Shown here: one piece after another, positions 48,312 to 60,825 of the stretch | Numbering within the stretch: the first letter of the stretch is position 1 | How the letters are laid out: the number at the start of each line of letters is the position of its first letter | Assembly: GCA_946965045.2 (NCBI GenBank) | Contig: OX337239.1 | Location: 310,001 to 374,000, forward strand | Source: Epithemia pelagica | Lineage: Eukaryota > Protista > Bacillariophyta | Reading direction: 5' to 3' | DNA: 64,000 nt | Translations under genes and position numbers: made by a program | Notes under the pieces: generated by a model | Seen by the model: only the letters and a program-made list of their open reading frames with translations | Database searches by the model: none | What the model was told of the DNA's origin: nothing

Positions 48312-51300
48312 ATGCTCTTTTTTCTCAACGACGAAGAGGCAGCAAGCATAGAGGAAGCATTGGACTATGCAAGCGATCCAGAAGAGTGTCTCAAAGAAAC
48401 ATCGGATGACTCCGATTTTACGGTCCCTCTGAATGAGGTAGTCGTTGTCGCAAAGAAGAACACCAACATCAATGACGAAGAGGAAGACGACGTTGCTTCC
48501 TCCTTGGTAACATCCTCCGTGTCTTCGGTTCGATGGCAGTTCCGACCCAAACGATTGTTCCAGCGCACGGGCGGCTCATCCTCTCGCTCACTGGGCAACA
48601 GGAATGTGGCACGGTCGGCGAGGACTCTGGAACAGAGTCAGACCACCAACAACAACAAGGCAAAGGACAATCGGTCCCCCAAGGTTCCCCGTCCCGTTCC
48701 GAAAACCAAAACAACAAAAAGCAAGAAACCTGCTTCCTCAAGTCAAAGTCCTTATAGTCGTGGCTCGCGCTGGAGTACATCCTCTCGATCCATGGCCGCC
48801 ACGACCGCTTCCAATGGACGGAAAGAACTGGCAAAGACCAGTCGACAAAAGGGAGCCAAAGAGACCATGCAAGGAAAGGGGCAAAAGAAGGGAGCCAAAG
48901 GCACCATGCAAGGAAAGGGGAAGGCTGTCAAAAAACAGCAAGCAAAGGAACAGACGAACATGTTGCCTATAAAACCGATGCCCACAAAGACGCCCCCTGT
49001 AGAGTTTGCTCATGAATTGCGCCGACAAAACTCTGAATCTTGTCTTGCCAGTATGATTGGATCCTCCATGTCATCATCGGACCAATCATCATTGTTCTCC
49101 TTTGGTTTACCCGCCTGGGGAGACATTCGTTGGAGTGATATTCCTAGTTGGTCGTTTTCGGCCATGGCCGAATGTTTGACACTTGTTTCGGGGTCAGCCG
49201 CCACCAATGAAGGTGGTGGTGGTGTGCAATTGTTCGACGACGACGACGAAGTGTTTTACGATGCACCCAAGACCGAATTGAAACCGAACGACTCGGTCGG
49301 TGGACACTTTGTGCTCACAGAATCCATTCCTCCCGACGCAAAAGAACCGAACTCTACCAAAAAAGCTTCGGCCGTTGCTCCCAAGAAAACGACTGCAGTA
49401 AACAAGAGCAAGAAGCAAAAGAACGGTCGTGTACAGAAAAGTGCTACTCAGGCCCACCCCCATGGCTCTCAAAACCACCGCATGCGACGAAGAGCATCTA
49501 CTGGTTCTATTCGAGGTCCATCTCTGTTTCAAGCCTCGGTTCAACGTTGTGTTCCTCCCACATCTTCGAAAGAAACCAAAAAGTCGTCGTTGGCATCCAC
49601 AGCGAAAAGGTTCCTCCAAAACAGTTCAGTTGCAATGCTTAATAACAAAGCAGAGCGTACGACCAAACCTACCGCCGCCAAACCCGATCCAATGGGTGTC
49701 CCCCACAAAAAAGGAATGCAAACAGACAAGACCACCAACACAAAAAGCACCCGCGCCGTAGACAAACCAAAGAAGGTTTTCCAAAGTCCCGAAACAAAAG
49801 CCCGACCTTCCAAAGATCAGAGTCCCCAAGTAAAACGAAGCATGCCGCGACGAGGATCTACTGGATCCACTTTGTCAATCAAGACGACGAAATCATCGAC
49901 CTCCGACACACTCCATGATGGAGACAATAAGAAACGCAGGGCTTCCCTGGGAGCATCCAAGTCTTTTTCGGACCGGTCCTTTGAATCATGGGGCTCGACC
50001 AAAGATCTATCATTAGCGTGGAATCCATCGTCCAAACGATCATCGTCCACAGGACGAGCTAGAAGTGAACCTTCAACACCCTCTTTGGTGGCATCCGCCC
50101 CAAACAAGGTTCACAAGAAGAAGTCAGCGAAGTTGGTTGACAACCCAGAACAAACACCGAAAGCTATCACCGCCAACCCCGATCAAATTGGTGTACGCGG
50201 GAACAAAGCAATGCATTCAAACAAGACCGCCAATACAAAGAGTACCAAGACCACCGACAAACAAAACAAAGCCTGCCAGAATGTACAAGCAAAGGTCCAA
50301 CCCACAAACGATCACAGTACTCAAGTAAATCGCCGCATGCCGCGAAGAGGATCTAATGGATCCACTTTATCAATCAAGACTACGAAATCATCGACCTCAG
50401 AACCACTCCATGATGGAAACAATAAGAAACGCAGGGCTTCCATGGGAGCATCCAAGTCATTTTCGGACCGTTCATTCGATGCATGGGGATCCGCTAATGA
50501 TCTTTCTGTGGCTTGGAATCCATCTTCCAGACTATCATCATCGTCCACAGGACGAGGTAAAAGTGACTCAGTTGTACTTACTCCCAGTAAATTGGAATCA
50601 ACTCCCAACAATAAGATGCTCAAGAAGAAGTCAGACAATGTGCTCTATAAACCAGATCGTGCCTTCAGCAACGCTTCCGCCGCCAAGCCCGGTCATAATG
50701 AAAGTTCCCGGAAGAAAGGAATGCAGACGGACAAGACAAGCAAATCAAAGAGCACCCGAGCCACAGACAAGCCACCAACAGTTGTCCAGAGTCCAGGAGC
50801 AAAGGTTCAATCTCCAAAATTTCCGAGCACTCAAGTGAAGCGAAGCATGCCGCGAAGAGGATCCACTGGGTCCAGTTTACCTAGCAAGACAACAAATCCG
50901 TTGATCTCTGATAGACTCCAGGATGGAAACAATAAGAAACGCAGGGCTTCCATGGGAGCATCCAAGTCATTTTCGGACCATTCATTCGATGCATGGGGAT
51001 CCGCTAATGATCTTTCTTTCGCTTGGAATCCATCGTCCAAACGATCATCATCGTCTACAGGACGAGGTAAAAGTGACTCGACAGTGTTAGTTGGACAGCA
51101 ATGCTCTGAGAATCTGGAGTTTAGCAATAGCCCACGACATCGAGATGGCAAGGATAAGTTGTGTGAAGACGATGTGCCTCATAATAAAGTATCTCAAGAT
51201 TCAATTGTCAAAAAAGAAACGAATAATCCTGAACAGACCAAGCAGAGTGTCAGTGCTCTCCACGAAGTCAAAGTTATACAAGGCGAAATCGCTAGCCAAG

Positions 51301-53173
51301 AAAAGATGAAGCATCAAGACAGCATGATGCAGCCGCAACCCAATGGCACAACCAAGACAAGTCAGCGAATGCCTCGACGGAGATCGACAAGATCAAGTTT
51401 ACCAAACCGAACAACAGGAGAGCTGTCTAAGCTATTGAAAGACGATGGAACGAAGCGCAAAAGACGCGCATCAATGGGTGCAGCAAAGTCTTTCTCTGAT
51501 CGTTCATTCGTAGCATGGGACTCAGTGAGGGAGAAGTCGTTGGCTTATCACCCATCCCCGGAACGATCATTGTCTTCGGTTAATAGCGACCCGGAAGCTT
51601 TACAAGGACATCAAGTCTTTGAGAATGAAATGAGAAAGACTATCCCACGAGAAACGGCTAATAACTCACATTCAACGGGTTTATCGGTTCCTCAACATAA
51701 CGTTGTCGCAAATGCAACGAACGGTCCCACAACAAGCCAACAGAACGGGAGTCCTCTCCGCCAAGCTAAGTCAATGCAAAGTAGCACCACCAACGGCAAA
51801 AATGTATCGGAGAACTCGAAGAAAAATAATGACAAAGCGCTCCAATCACAAAGCGCTCCACAAAGCCACCGTATGCCTCGGCGAAAATCAACTGGATCAA
51901 GTTTGCCAAGCAAAATGAAAGAAGAGAGCGTTAACGCTTCCAAAGCTGGAGCGAAGGGCAAACGACGTGCTTCCATGGGCGCATTAAAGTCCTTTTCTGA
52001 CCGTTCAATGGGGACATGGGAATCAGATAAGGGGCTTTCATTAGCGTGGAATCCACGATCACCTTCTGATGAGGGTAGACAGTCTCATCGAGCGACGTCT
52101 TTGTCAATAAGGAAATCATCAACGGGACACCAAACCGTTCAATCGAGTTCTGTTGGGACCAAAGGAGCGACCTCTGGGAAATCACGCGAAAAACCGAATT
52201 CAGTCTCGAAAGGATCCGTTACAAAGAGTGTTCAAGACGCAGAAAAGAAGACGGCGGGAGCCATTTCTCCAGTATCAGGAAGAACAGCAACAGATGCCAA
52301 CCAACTACATTCTCGACCGTTTGGAAGCATGCCTGGTACTCAGCCGGCTGTATCAGAAAATCCCACTCCCACGTTTCCTATCCGTATTCCAGGATTGCAA
52401 TTTTTTGGAAAGAAGTCCAGCCAAGGAGCGCTGTCGCGAGAGGTTCCGTACCCTCGACGAATGCCACGTAGGGGGTCTTTTGGATCTCTGCCTATTGAAG
52501 AAAAGAAATCAAATGAGTACGAGGCCTCTCGCCGTGTTTCCGGCAAAGAATCATTGGGGTCCGAATCAAAGCATGGAACCAGATCAATCGGCAAAGTCCA
52601 TTCTGGACAAGCGGTCGCGCCAAAACAGTCGACGTCGAAAACGAACGGAGCAAACCGATTGAAAGGATCTTCCTTTGCCAGTCCAGTGCCCAGACGAGCT
52701 TCACTTGAAACGAAGCAATTCCAGGAATCTAAATTTGGAGGAACAAAGTCTTCTCGAGATGTGACAAAATATAAATCTTCTGGACCTCAAAAGCACATGG
52801 GCAATGTGTCCTCTGAAAGCAAGGGTCAAAGGTTGACCAATGGTGGACCCAACATTGCCAAGACCATTTCTCGAGTCTTTTCAAATGATAATCAATCACC
52901 AAGGAAACCAGTCGTCCCAAAATGCGGCTTTCTATGGGAGATAAGTGGAAACCGTCTGATTCAAGAGATGCCTTGCAACCTAGGAAACGAGTAGAGCCAG
53001 CAGGTGCAGAACGCCGAATGCCAAGACGGGGATCCACGGGGTCGTCTACTCTGAAGTCAGATGCTTGCTTGAAACGCCCTGTCCCCTCGCAGCAGCCCAC
53101 TAAATATCGACAAACGCCGAGACGACGTTCCCTGGGGAGTTTTGAATCCTCAATCGGTGAAACATCAAGATGA
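48312..53173 (+). CDS. Large basic Ser/Thr/Lys-rich repeat protein (1560 aa ORF plus frameshifted tail)
   Basis: Five RRAS(M/L)GAxKSFSD(R/H)S modules and seven MPRRxS motifs. ORF 52922-53173 continues the same motifs after a shift at CCCAAAATG (~52920). Confidence 0.85.
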
Positions 53174-53549
53174 AAAGGAACTTTTTTGAATTATTAACTG
53201 TCAACCTGTCTGCCAAAAGAGCAACTACTCCTAATAGCTAAACGACTTCTGTTTCCTTCTCCGCACCAAAACTATGTATGCTGACGCCTACTTCTAGCTA
53301 GGAGTAGCTACGGCAGGTAGTACTCCTAGAGGATTTATTGAGTACCTACCTTATTTACCTCCCAGCGGATGTGAGTGAGTCCCGCAGGCCTCAGTCGGAA
53401 AAAGTTGTGGTGTCTGACAGAGGGAATGCACCTAATAGTGCGACTGAGTTGGTTCTCCCTTCTGCTTGGTGGTAGAGTGAGTTTTTTCGGAGACGAGCAA
53501 CAAATCAAGTTTGGGGCTTTCCTGCAACAGGTCGTTGACCAATCTCAGC

Positions 53550-55980
53550 ATGTATCGCATACAAATCAGGCCGCCAAGCATCAGCATCCAAGAAAAAATG
53601 CCGGAGCACAACGGAATCTGTTCGGAAGAAGAGAGAGCAGATCAGACCCATGCGAACGAAGTCTCATCGGAAGACAAGGAGGTCCTTTCTACAGTGGAGA
53701 AATGGTGGAACTATTATGAGAAATTGTGTAGTCTTTGTCACGCTTTAACACCTGAAAACGCGAGGAAGATCAGCCGTTATGTTCATGGCATCCCGTACTT
53801 TCCGGAAACGTTGAAGACTACCTTGCACGAGGCATCGGAGAACTTTTGTCGTGTTTTCGATGCTTTGCATGAAATGAACTCGACGAGTGACTCGAATGAT
53901 GGGAACGCGATGAGCGATCCAACCAGATCGAATGATGGGAACGTGATGAGCGATCCACCCAGCAACGACCTTACGCTTAGTGAGCTCCTGGGGAAACTCA
54001 TGTCACACGCCGGCAGCTCGTAGAAACACTCCCGCTGGAATCTCAGCAGATCGTTGCGATTGAATTGGTGAAATACGAAGATGCAGAGAAGATGCAAGAT
54101 GCTGAATACGAAGCTAAACGACAAGTGAATTCTGCGATAGCACATACTCGTAGTACTGCTTTTAAAATTTGGAAATCCATCTATGCGGTGGACCGTACGT
54201 TCAATGCCTGTGCCTGTCCGCTTGAAGAAGACTGTACAATCGGGACACAAACGGAGGAAGCAGCGAAGAGACACATCGCTCTACACAAGCCGGGAAGCTG
54301 GCTGGGGAATGCAAGGAAGAAACAGCTTTGCTTCACAACAAACAAGAATTTGATCTCGAGGCTTTCATTCCACATGAAACTGAGTCCGAAAATGAGGCCT
54401 ACCAGAAGCTACAGAGGACAGCCAAAGACTGGGAAAGTTGGATAATGAAGGCAAAACACCTTAGCAGCATGGATTCAGATGACAAAGAGAAAACAGTGCG
54501 TGCAGTGGAATGGTTCAAGGCAGGTGCTTGTTACACTACGGAGACTGATCTATTATTCCCCGGTCCGCAGTCTCAAGAAATCGCGGGGATACATCAAGTC
54601 TTTCGTGGGTTGCTTGACCGCATTGCTGGATGCCGGAAGCATCTCAGAAGTCGTACGCATTCAAATCCTGGCGGCTTTCTCTTTGTAATGTTTGATCATG
54701 ACTTCAAACTTGCGTTCGAGGTGAAGTCATTTGGGCGAACGAAGCAAGGGCATGATTCGCTTCAACAAGAGAGCTGTGAGCAAATTCTGGGTCGTCTGGC
54801 GAGGGACGTCAACGAGAGCTTTAATCTGTATGGTATTGGCACGGGGACTTTTGCGACGGGTATGAAATGCACCTTAGCGTATATCACCGTGTACAAGCTG
54901 GAGCTTCGTATGAAGGAAGCTACCGAATCTGACTTCCAAGTGGCAAGTCTCGTTCTATACAAGTCAAAGCCCTTGCCTCTAATGACGCAAGAGTGCTTCA
55001 AGAAATGGGCCGGGAGCCGCCAATACGCTGATGTGCAAGAAAAGTTCTACAATCAAAATGGAGGAGTCGATGAACAAGGCATTCCTCGTGGCATTCGATT
55101 TTTATGGGAGATGATGTCGAAGCGTCGTGCCAACTTCTTTGGACCTGATTACGGTTTTCTTTTCAAGCAAGGCGAAAAGGTAGATGAGCTTCTTGGGACA
55201 GGCGGCGGTTTCAGTGTTGTTATGGGATTGAGCAGAGATTCCAATTCGGTTTTGAAAGTATCCACACTTCCTGTTGCTGGGCTCATTCAATTGGAGAAAG
55301 ATGCGCTGGAGAGCCTTGGTCGAAAAAAGCCAGAGCTTGACGAGATCGGCCTTCCTATTTTGAAGGAGGAAACAAAAATCTCTGTCAGACTTGGGGGCAT
55401 TGATAAAGAAATTCATGGTTTGGTTCTTCAGCCAAGAGGACAACCTATACTGTCGGCGATTTTTTCTACCAATTTTTGTCGTGTCTGAAAAAAGTGTCAA
55501 TACAATTAAAGAGTGCTCTGGATTTCATTCACAGCCGGAATTTTTTTCACAACGATGTGAATCCAAAAAAACATGATCGTGGTACGGGAGGCCGACAGCG
55601 TCCGGGCTTTTCTCATTGATTTTGGCTTTGCGTCGGAAGGGTCTAAGAAAAGATATGGATTTGTGGGTTCTCAGTACACCCACGGAGACATTTTCGAGAA
55701 GTACCCTAAAGAGGAGTGGTACCCGAAAAAAGAGTATGACTTGTGCAGTCTAGGTTTCTCAATGACAGTTCTTGTGAATCGTGGGGAAGTAGAATGGGAA
55801 ATGGGTCGATTTCCTCGCTATCCGATGAAAAACTATTGGAATGAAAAAATTGATCAAAGGCGTCAGGCAGCCATTCGAATCATTGGGGGATTTGATAATC
55901 AGGAAACGGATTGGCTGTCCTGGGTCAAGCTTGATAAGAAAACAAATACGATGAAGAGAAAACATGCTGAAACTGATTAG
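53550..55980 (+). pseudogene. Crinkler-like restriction-endonuclease-like + protein kinase gene, frameshifted
   Basis: TETDLLF...LAFEVK (PD-(D/E)xK-like), then LGTGGGFSVV, VLK, HNDVNPKN, LIDFG and YDLCSLG. Four frameshifts occur near 54015, 54320, 55455 and 55571. Confidence 0.72.
53892..53957. repeat. 30-bp direct repeat x2, period 36
   Basis: TCGAATGATGGGAACG(C/T)GATGAGCGATCCA; encodes SNDGN(A/V)MSDP. Confidence 0.9.
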
Positions 55981-56365
55981 ACGGATCTGTATTGGTGCTT
56001 GAAGGGTATCTCGTCACTGACTTTCTAGGCGCCGACTAATATAATAGGAGAAAGGGTGATTTCATGCATCCTCTTCCCCCTCATATCAAGTGCATAGTAG
56101 CATCAGATGCTGGCAAGAAGAACTACGTGTAGGACTCATACGAATCTGACCATAGCTTTTCTGTCTCATACACTCGTCATATAGTCAAGCAACTCTAAAT
56201 CTTGGTTCAACCTTCAAGCGACATGAGATATACACTATAGTAGATTTATCGTTGAACGATCACACAATTTTGAATACTGAGAGTGTTGGTCTCAGGCTAC
56301 CTTTCACTACCTTGCTCTCACAACGTTCTTTGACAGGGTTTGTTTCGGATATCGGTCATGTTTTT

Positions 56366-56911
56366 TTATAATTCCTTGTCTCCTTTCGATTTGTTCAATG
56401 TTTTCTTGACACCATCGGTAATGTGACTCCACAAGTCAGTGACTTCGGTTTGCAATTGTTTGACAAAGGATCGAGACGACAATTCGTCCACCTGACTTTG
56501 GACACTGGACAATTGCGTTTGCAAGACCTTGATGAGTTGATCCTTGCCTTCTAATTCTTCCGTGTACCGTGCCTTGAGCAAGACAACCTCTTGCTCGCCC
56601 TTTTCACTCAACTGTTTGAATTTGTTCATATCCAATTCCAATCGTTCCACATAGCGATCCGACACGCGTTTGTTTCCCGTCAAGGTTGCCACCTCGGCCT
56701 TGGATTCTTCCAATTCCTTGGCCAGTGCCGACTTTTCCGCTTCCAAGGAGGCCAATTGTTCACACGTACAACCATCGTCGGCAACCACAGTAGTGGGTGT
56801 TTCTTCTCCCTCTTCTTGGGCCTGAACCAACAGAGCCGCATCCATCAACGTCACCACGACGACCCAAATCAAAACCCACAAACAGAATGGACGAGAGGCA
56901 AAAGTCTTCAT
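56366..56911 (-). CDS. Hypothetical signal-peptide + coiled-coil protein, 181 aa
   Basis: Hydrophobic leader ending ...LVQA, then a heptad-rich body. Confidence 0.75.
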   Translation of the reverse strand: MKTFASRPFCLWVLIWVVVVTLMDAALLVQAQEEGEETPTTVVADDGCTCEQLASLEAEKSALAKELEESKAEVATLTGNKRVSDRYVERLELDMNKFKQLSEKGEQEVVLLKARYTEELEGKDQLIKVLQTQLSSVQSQVDELSSRSFVKQLQTEVTDLWSHITDGVKKTLNKSKGDKEL

Positions 56912-57611
56912 TGTGTTGCGATGTTCTTGTTGTTGCTTCTATTACTCGATTGGCAGGGTGGGAAACAGGAACCAGTTACGGCGTTTTGTGATGATGAATG
57001 AGACGAAAGTTCTTTCCGTCTTGCGGTCATAACAGAGATCCATCCAACGCAGGGAACGGGTCACGGGAGAATCTTCGTTGCACCCTGGTTTGGTCGCGGA
57101 TTTTCTTCTTGCACCATAGAGCAATATAACTAGGTATACCTAGGGTACCTAGTCGATTTTATGGACTCTATACAGTTACCGGCTTTGCATTTTGCTTGCA
57201 GAACTTGCGTCTACGAGCACATCATCATCATGTCCCATGTATTACGGAAGCAACGAAACTATTTGAAACTCTTTTTTGACAGTGAGGAAAGGGTTCTGTT
57301 CCTCGTTGTTGCGCAGAACTTGCGAATCATCCAAAGGTTCGAAAAGAATGCGGGCTGTCCTGTGGCTGCAGTTCTCGAACGAACGATTCGTCCATTGGCA
57401 CGCTCTGAAGTGTGACGGCACACAAGAGGAGCCTCGTCATCTCCTCTTCCATTTCGTTGCACCATCACACACATAATTCTTCTGGGGGCAACACCAGAAC
57501 TATACGGACACTGATCTTATCTTGATGAGAAATTCGTTCCGAATTCACTAAAAAAGAGAGTTATTGGCAGTGTCCGTTTCGGTTTATCGCACTGAACACA
57601 GCGTGTCCATG

Positions 57612-58649
57612 TTAGAGTTTTCGATACACTCTCATTTCTTGTGCATCATACACACGTGTGGCCCGTAACAAGGGTCCGGTCGTATAATGATTCGCAGAGT
57701 CGTCCTCCGTTGTTATCAAAGGATTGGTCTGCTGGTTCTTGGTGGTGGTGGACCTGGTGTCGTTGTTGTTGTTGTTGTCCGGGAGTTGTTCCTCCGGATG
57801 GTTTGTTGTGGCGGCTGTTGTTGTGGTTGTGGTTGTTGGTTGAAGTGGCAGGTCAAAGCGATAGGCCATAATGTGCGTCCCGGTCGGACAGACATGGGCC
57901 AACATGCGACTGAACCGAGGCATGAGGGGAGTGACGCCAAAAATCATTACGGTCCACAACGAATCCTCCTTGTGGTCGTGGGGTGTGGACAATCTTGTAC
58001 TCGAGAGCTGTTGTTGTTGGTGGTGTTGTTGCTCCACGAGCTTGGGCAGAGAGGCATGAAAGAAATTGCCATGATAGAATTGCGATCGGTGTCGTTGATC
58101 TCGCGTCCAACACAAGATGCGTCGTCCTTGACTCAACAAGTAGAGGGTCCAGTTCAATTCCACGCCAATGGCCGAATCGTATCCGGCCAAGAGTGCTTGA
58201 TAGACACCTTCGCCATCACCACTGCCCAAATCGACAAATACATGACGCTGCTGCTGTTGATGCCGTTGTTGTTGCTTGGTGGTCGTCATTTTTGTGCTAA
58301 GAGTCGCCGAACAAGGCGTTTGCAATGACACGACAAAGTCGAGGGCTCGTCGAATCTTGAAGCCGGGCGTGGCCATGTAGGGGAGCGGCGATTTCATCAT
58401 GCTCGTCACAAAGGGAGTCGTCAGAGCCAAACAGGCCACGACGGTTCCACCCGCCATGCATCCACCCATCCACAAACGAAGCCGACGACGACGATATTCT
58501 TCTTCTTCTTCTTTCTCCTGACGTTGTTGCTCCGTGTTGGGAGGACCGAACACAACCGACGAGGGAGAAACAGGCTTGACGTTTGGCTCACGTGAAAGAG
58601 GAGTGTTTGTGGTGAATGGAGTCTTTTCGTCCTTCTCATTGGATCCCAT
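57612..58649 (-). CDS. FAM173/ATPSCKMT-type class I SAM methyltransferase
   Basis: TM segment followed by PYMAT, VDLGSGDG, GVELN and MIFGVTPLM. Confidence 0.85.
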   Translation of the reverse strand: MGSNEKDEKTPFTTNTPLSREPNVKPVSPSSVVFGPPNTEQQRQEKEEEEEYRRRRLRLWMGGCMAGGTVVACLALTTPFVTSMMKSPLPYMATPGFKIRRALDFVVSLQTPCSATLSTKMTTTKQQQRHQQQQRHVFVDLGSGDGEGVYQALLAGYDSAIGVELNWTLYLLSQGRRILCWTRDQRHRSQFYHGNFFHASLPKLVEQQHHQQQQLSSTRLSTPHDHKEDSLWTVMIFGVTPLMPRFSRMLAHVCPTGTHIMAYRFDLPLQPTTTTTTTAATTNHPEEQLPDNNNNNDTRSTTTKNQQTNPLITTEDDSANHYTTGPLLRATRVYDAQEMRVYRKL

Positions 58650-58874
58650 GACATTTGGGATTGGCCAGACCAACCAACCCGTTTCGATCCGTCTTGAATT
58701 CGTTTGGTCGTTTGGAATTATTGGACATCGTCATCCTCCTCCCAAAGATCCACAGAAGATCCGGTCGCAGATTGTGCGAAGGGTTGGTCTCTTTTTATTG
58801 AGAAGCACATAAGTCGCACGTAACGAACGATCTTCCTCCAAAAGATCCATTCTTGCTGTCTCTCTGTCTTGACC

Positions 58875-60196
58875 ATGGTAGTACCAGGCTCTCCCCCTCC
58901 TCCTTCTTCTTCTTCGTCATCCACGCCGTCCAATCCATGGTCCTCTTCCTATGGATGTTTGACTGGTCAACTCTTTTTGTATGCCCAAGGACGAGCCGCC
59001 TTTGAATCGAAACCACCACCACCACCCACACCCACAACAAGCCCATCTTCGACCACAACCACCAAGCAACAGCCACAACGAAAATGCATTCTCTTGGGTG
59101 GTTTGACCGATGGTTTGTTGCCCGTCCCGTACGGTCACTTGTTGTATGAGGCGTGTCACCAACACGGCTTTTCCGTCGTACAACCCATTTTGTCCAGTAG
59201 TTATACTGGATTTGGACATGGCACCTTGGATCGCGATGCCCAAGAATTGATGGAATTGCTCGAGTACTTTCTGGGTCAAGGAGGACAAGACGAGCACGCT
59301 ACTCAAGGAGAGTGTCACTTTTGTTTGGTGGGACATTCCACAGGTAAAAACTCTCAATTCAATGCATCTTTGCTGCTTCTTTTTTTTGTCAACCCGTGTG
59401 TGCTCACAGCGACTCGTTATCGTATTCTTCTTCTTCTTCTTGCTTTGTTGTTTTCCATTTGCGTTTGAATTTCCAAACCTATGGTTCATTGTGTTTTGTG
59501 GTGTGCGGTTTCCCAAAACAAGGCTGTCAACAAATTGTGCACTTGTTGCACCATCCGGCACTCCCACCTCGTTTGGCCCACACCATTCGAGGTGTCGTGT
59601 TGCAAGCACCCGTGTCCGATCGGGAACAGGCTCAAGTCGACGAACCAGAAATGTATCAAACCAATTTGGACATGGCGCAAAAATTGAAAGCAGAAGGCAA
59701 ACCACAGGAATGCATGCCGCGATCGGCCTTTTTTGTGCCCATTACTGCGGAACGCTTTTTGGATTTGCAACAACGAGGAGGTCGGGATGATTACTTTTCC
59801 TCGGATTATACCGACTCGGAATTGCAAGCTCGACTGCGACATGTTGTACCCATCCAGGACGACGACACGGCCACGACGGAACCAACAAGTGCACCACCAC
59901 CATCGCAACGCCGTCGTCACGTGTTGGTGGCCTTTTCGCAAGCCGATGAATATGTCGCTTCCACCATTCATGCCGAAACCTTGACGCAACGATTGGTCCA
60001 AGCCCTGAATGCCAATCTGGACGACGACGGTGGCAAAAGTGCTGGTGGTGGTGCCACGGGCTTGTGTTTGGAGGGAGCCAATCACAACTTGTCTCAACCG
60101 CCGCAGGCGCGAGTCGAATTTGTGGACGCAGTGACCAAACGAATACTCCAGGCCATGGTGCAGGAACAACAACAAGAAGAAGAACAAGAGGCATGA
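58875..60196 (+). CDS. DUF1749 (UPF0613) alpha/beta hydrolase, 2 exons
   Basis: LGGLTDGL, SSSYTGFG.GTLDRDA and LQAPVSDRE. An intron at 59344-59522 restores GHSTGCQ. Confidence 0.9.
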
Positions 60197-60825
60197 AACC
60201 AAACCACATGATCCATCCTGCCGTGGACTCGAGACGAGATCGAAACGAATGATCCTTGACATTCTTCTGACATTCGCAACAGTTACAAGGACGACGACCA
60301 CGACCACCACGAACCAATATTGGATACCCAACGAGGTGGGCCAATTGGTTGGCGCACCATCTAGGTCGTGCCGACGCTCTCGAGATACTAGACGTGGGTG
60401 TGAATCGGGAGGGTGACTGTTGCCACTGTGCGTAGAGTGGTTTCATTCCTATAGAGTCTACTCCTATTTCATTTATGGATTCTTTTCTAGCCAGGAGTAG
60501 AGACGAATGATAGGAATAGAGAGTTGGAAGTTGGAATCCCGGGGTGGCATGGAACCTATACGCGACTCATCTCAAATTTCAAAATGTGCACTTGCGCCCC
60601 CTCATTTTTTCTCTTCAACCACAAAGCGCCAAGATCTTTCGGCAACAAAGAAAAAACCGACGACGACGACGACGACGACCAGAGGAGACCAAGTCCCCCA
60701 AAGAGGCTGAGCAACGAACGAAGAACAACAACGTTTGGATTATTTCTTGCTTGGTATTATTCGAGTGCTGGATTCTCCTTTCTTTGGATTCCCTTTTGCG
60801 GCCGACACTACAAAATCCTCCACTC

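Noticed and set aside
55455-55571. Programmed frameshifting at T/A runs
   Set aside because: The same gene has other lesions; decay or assembly error is simpler.
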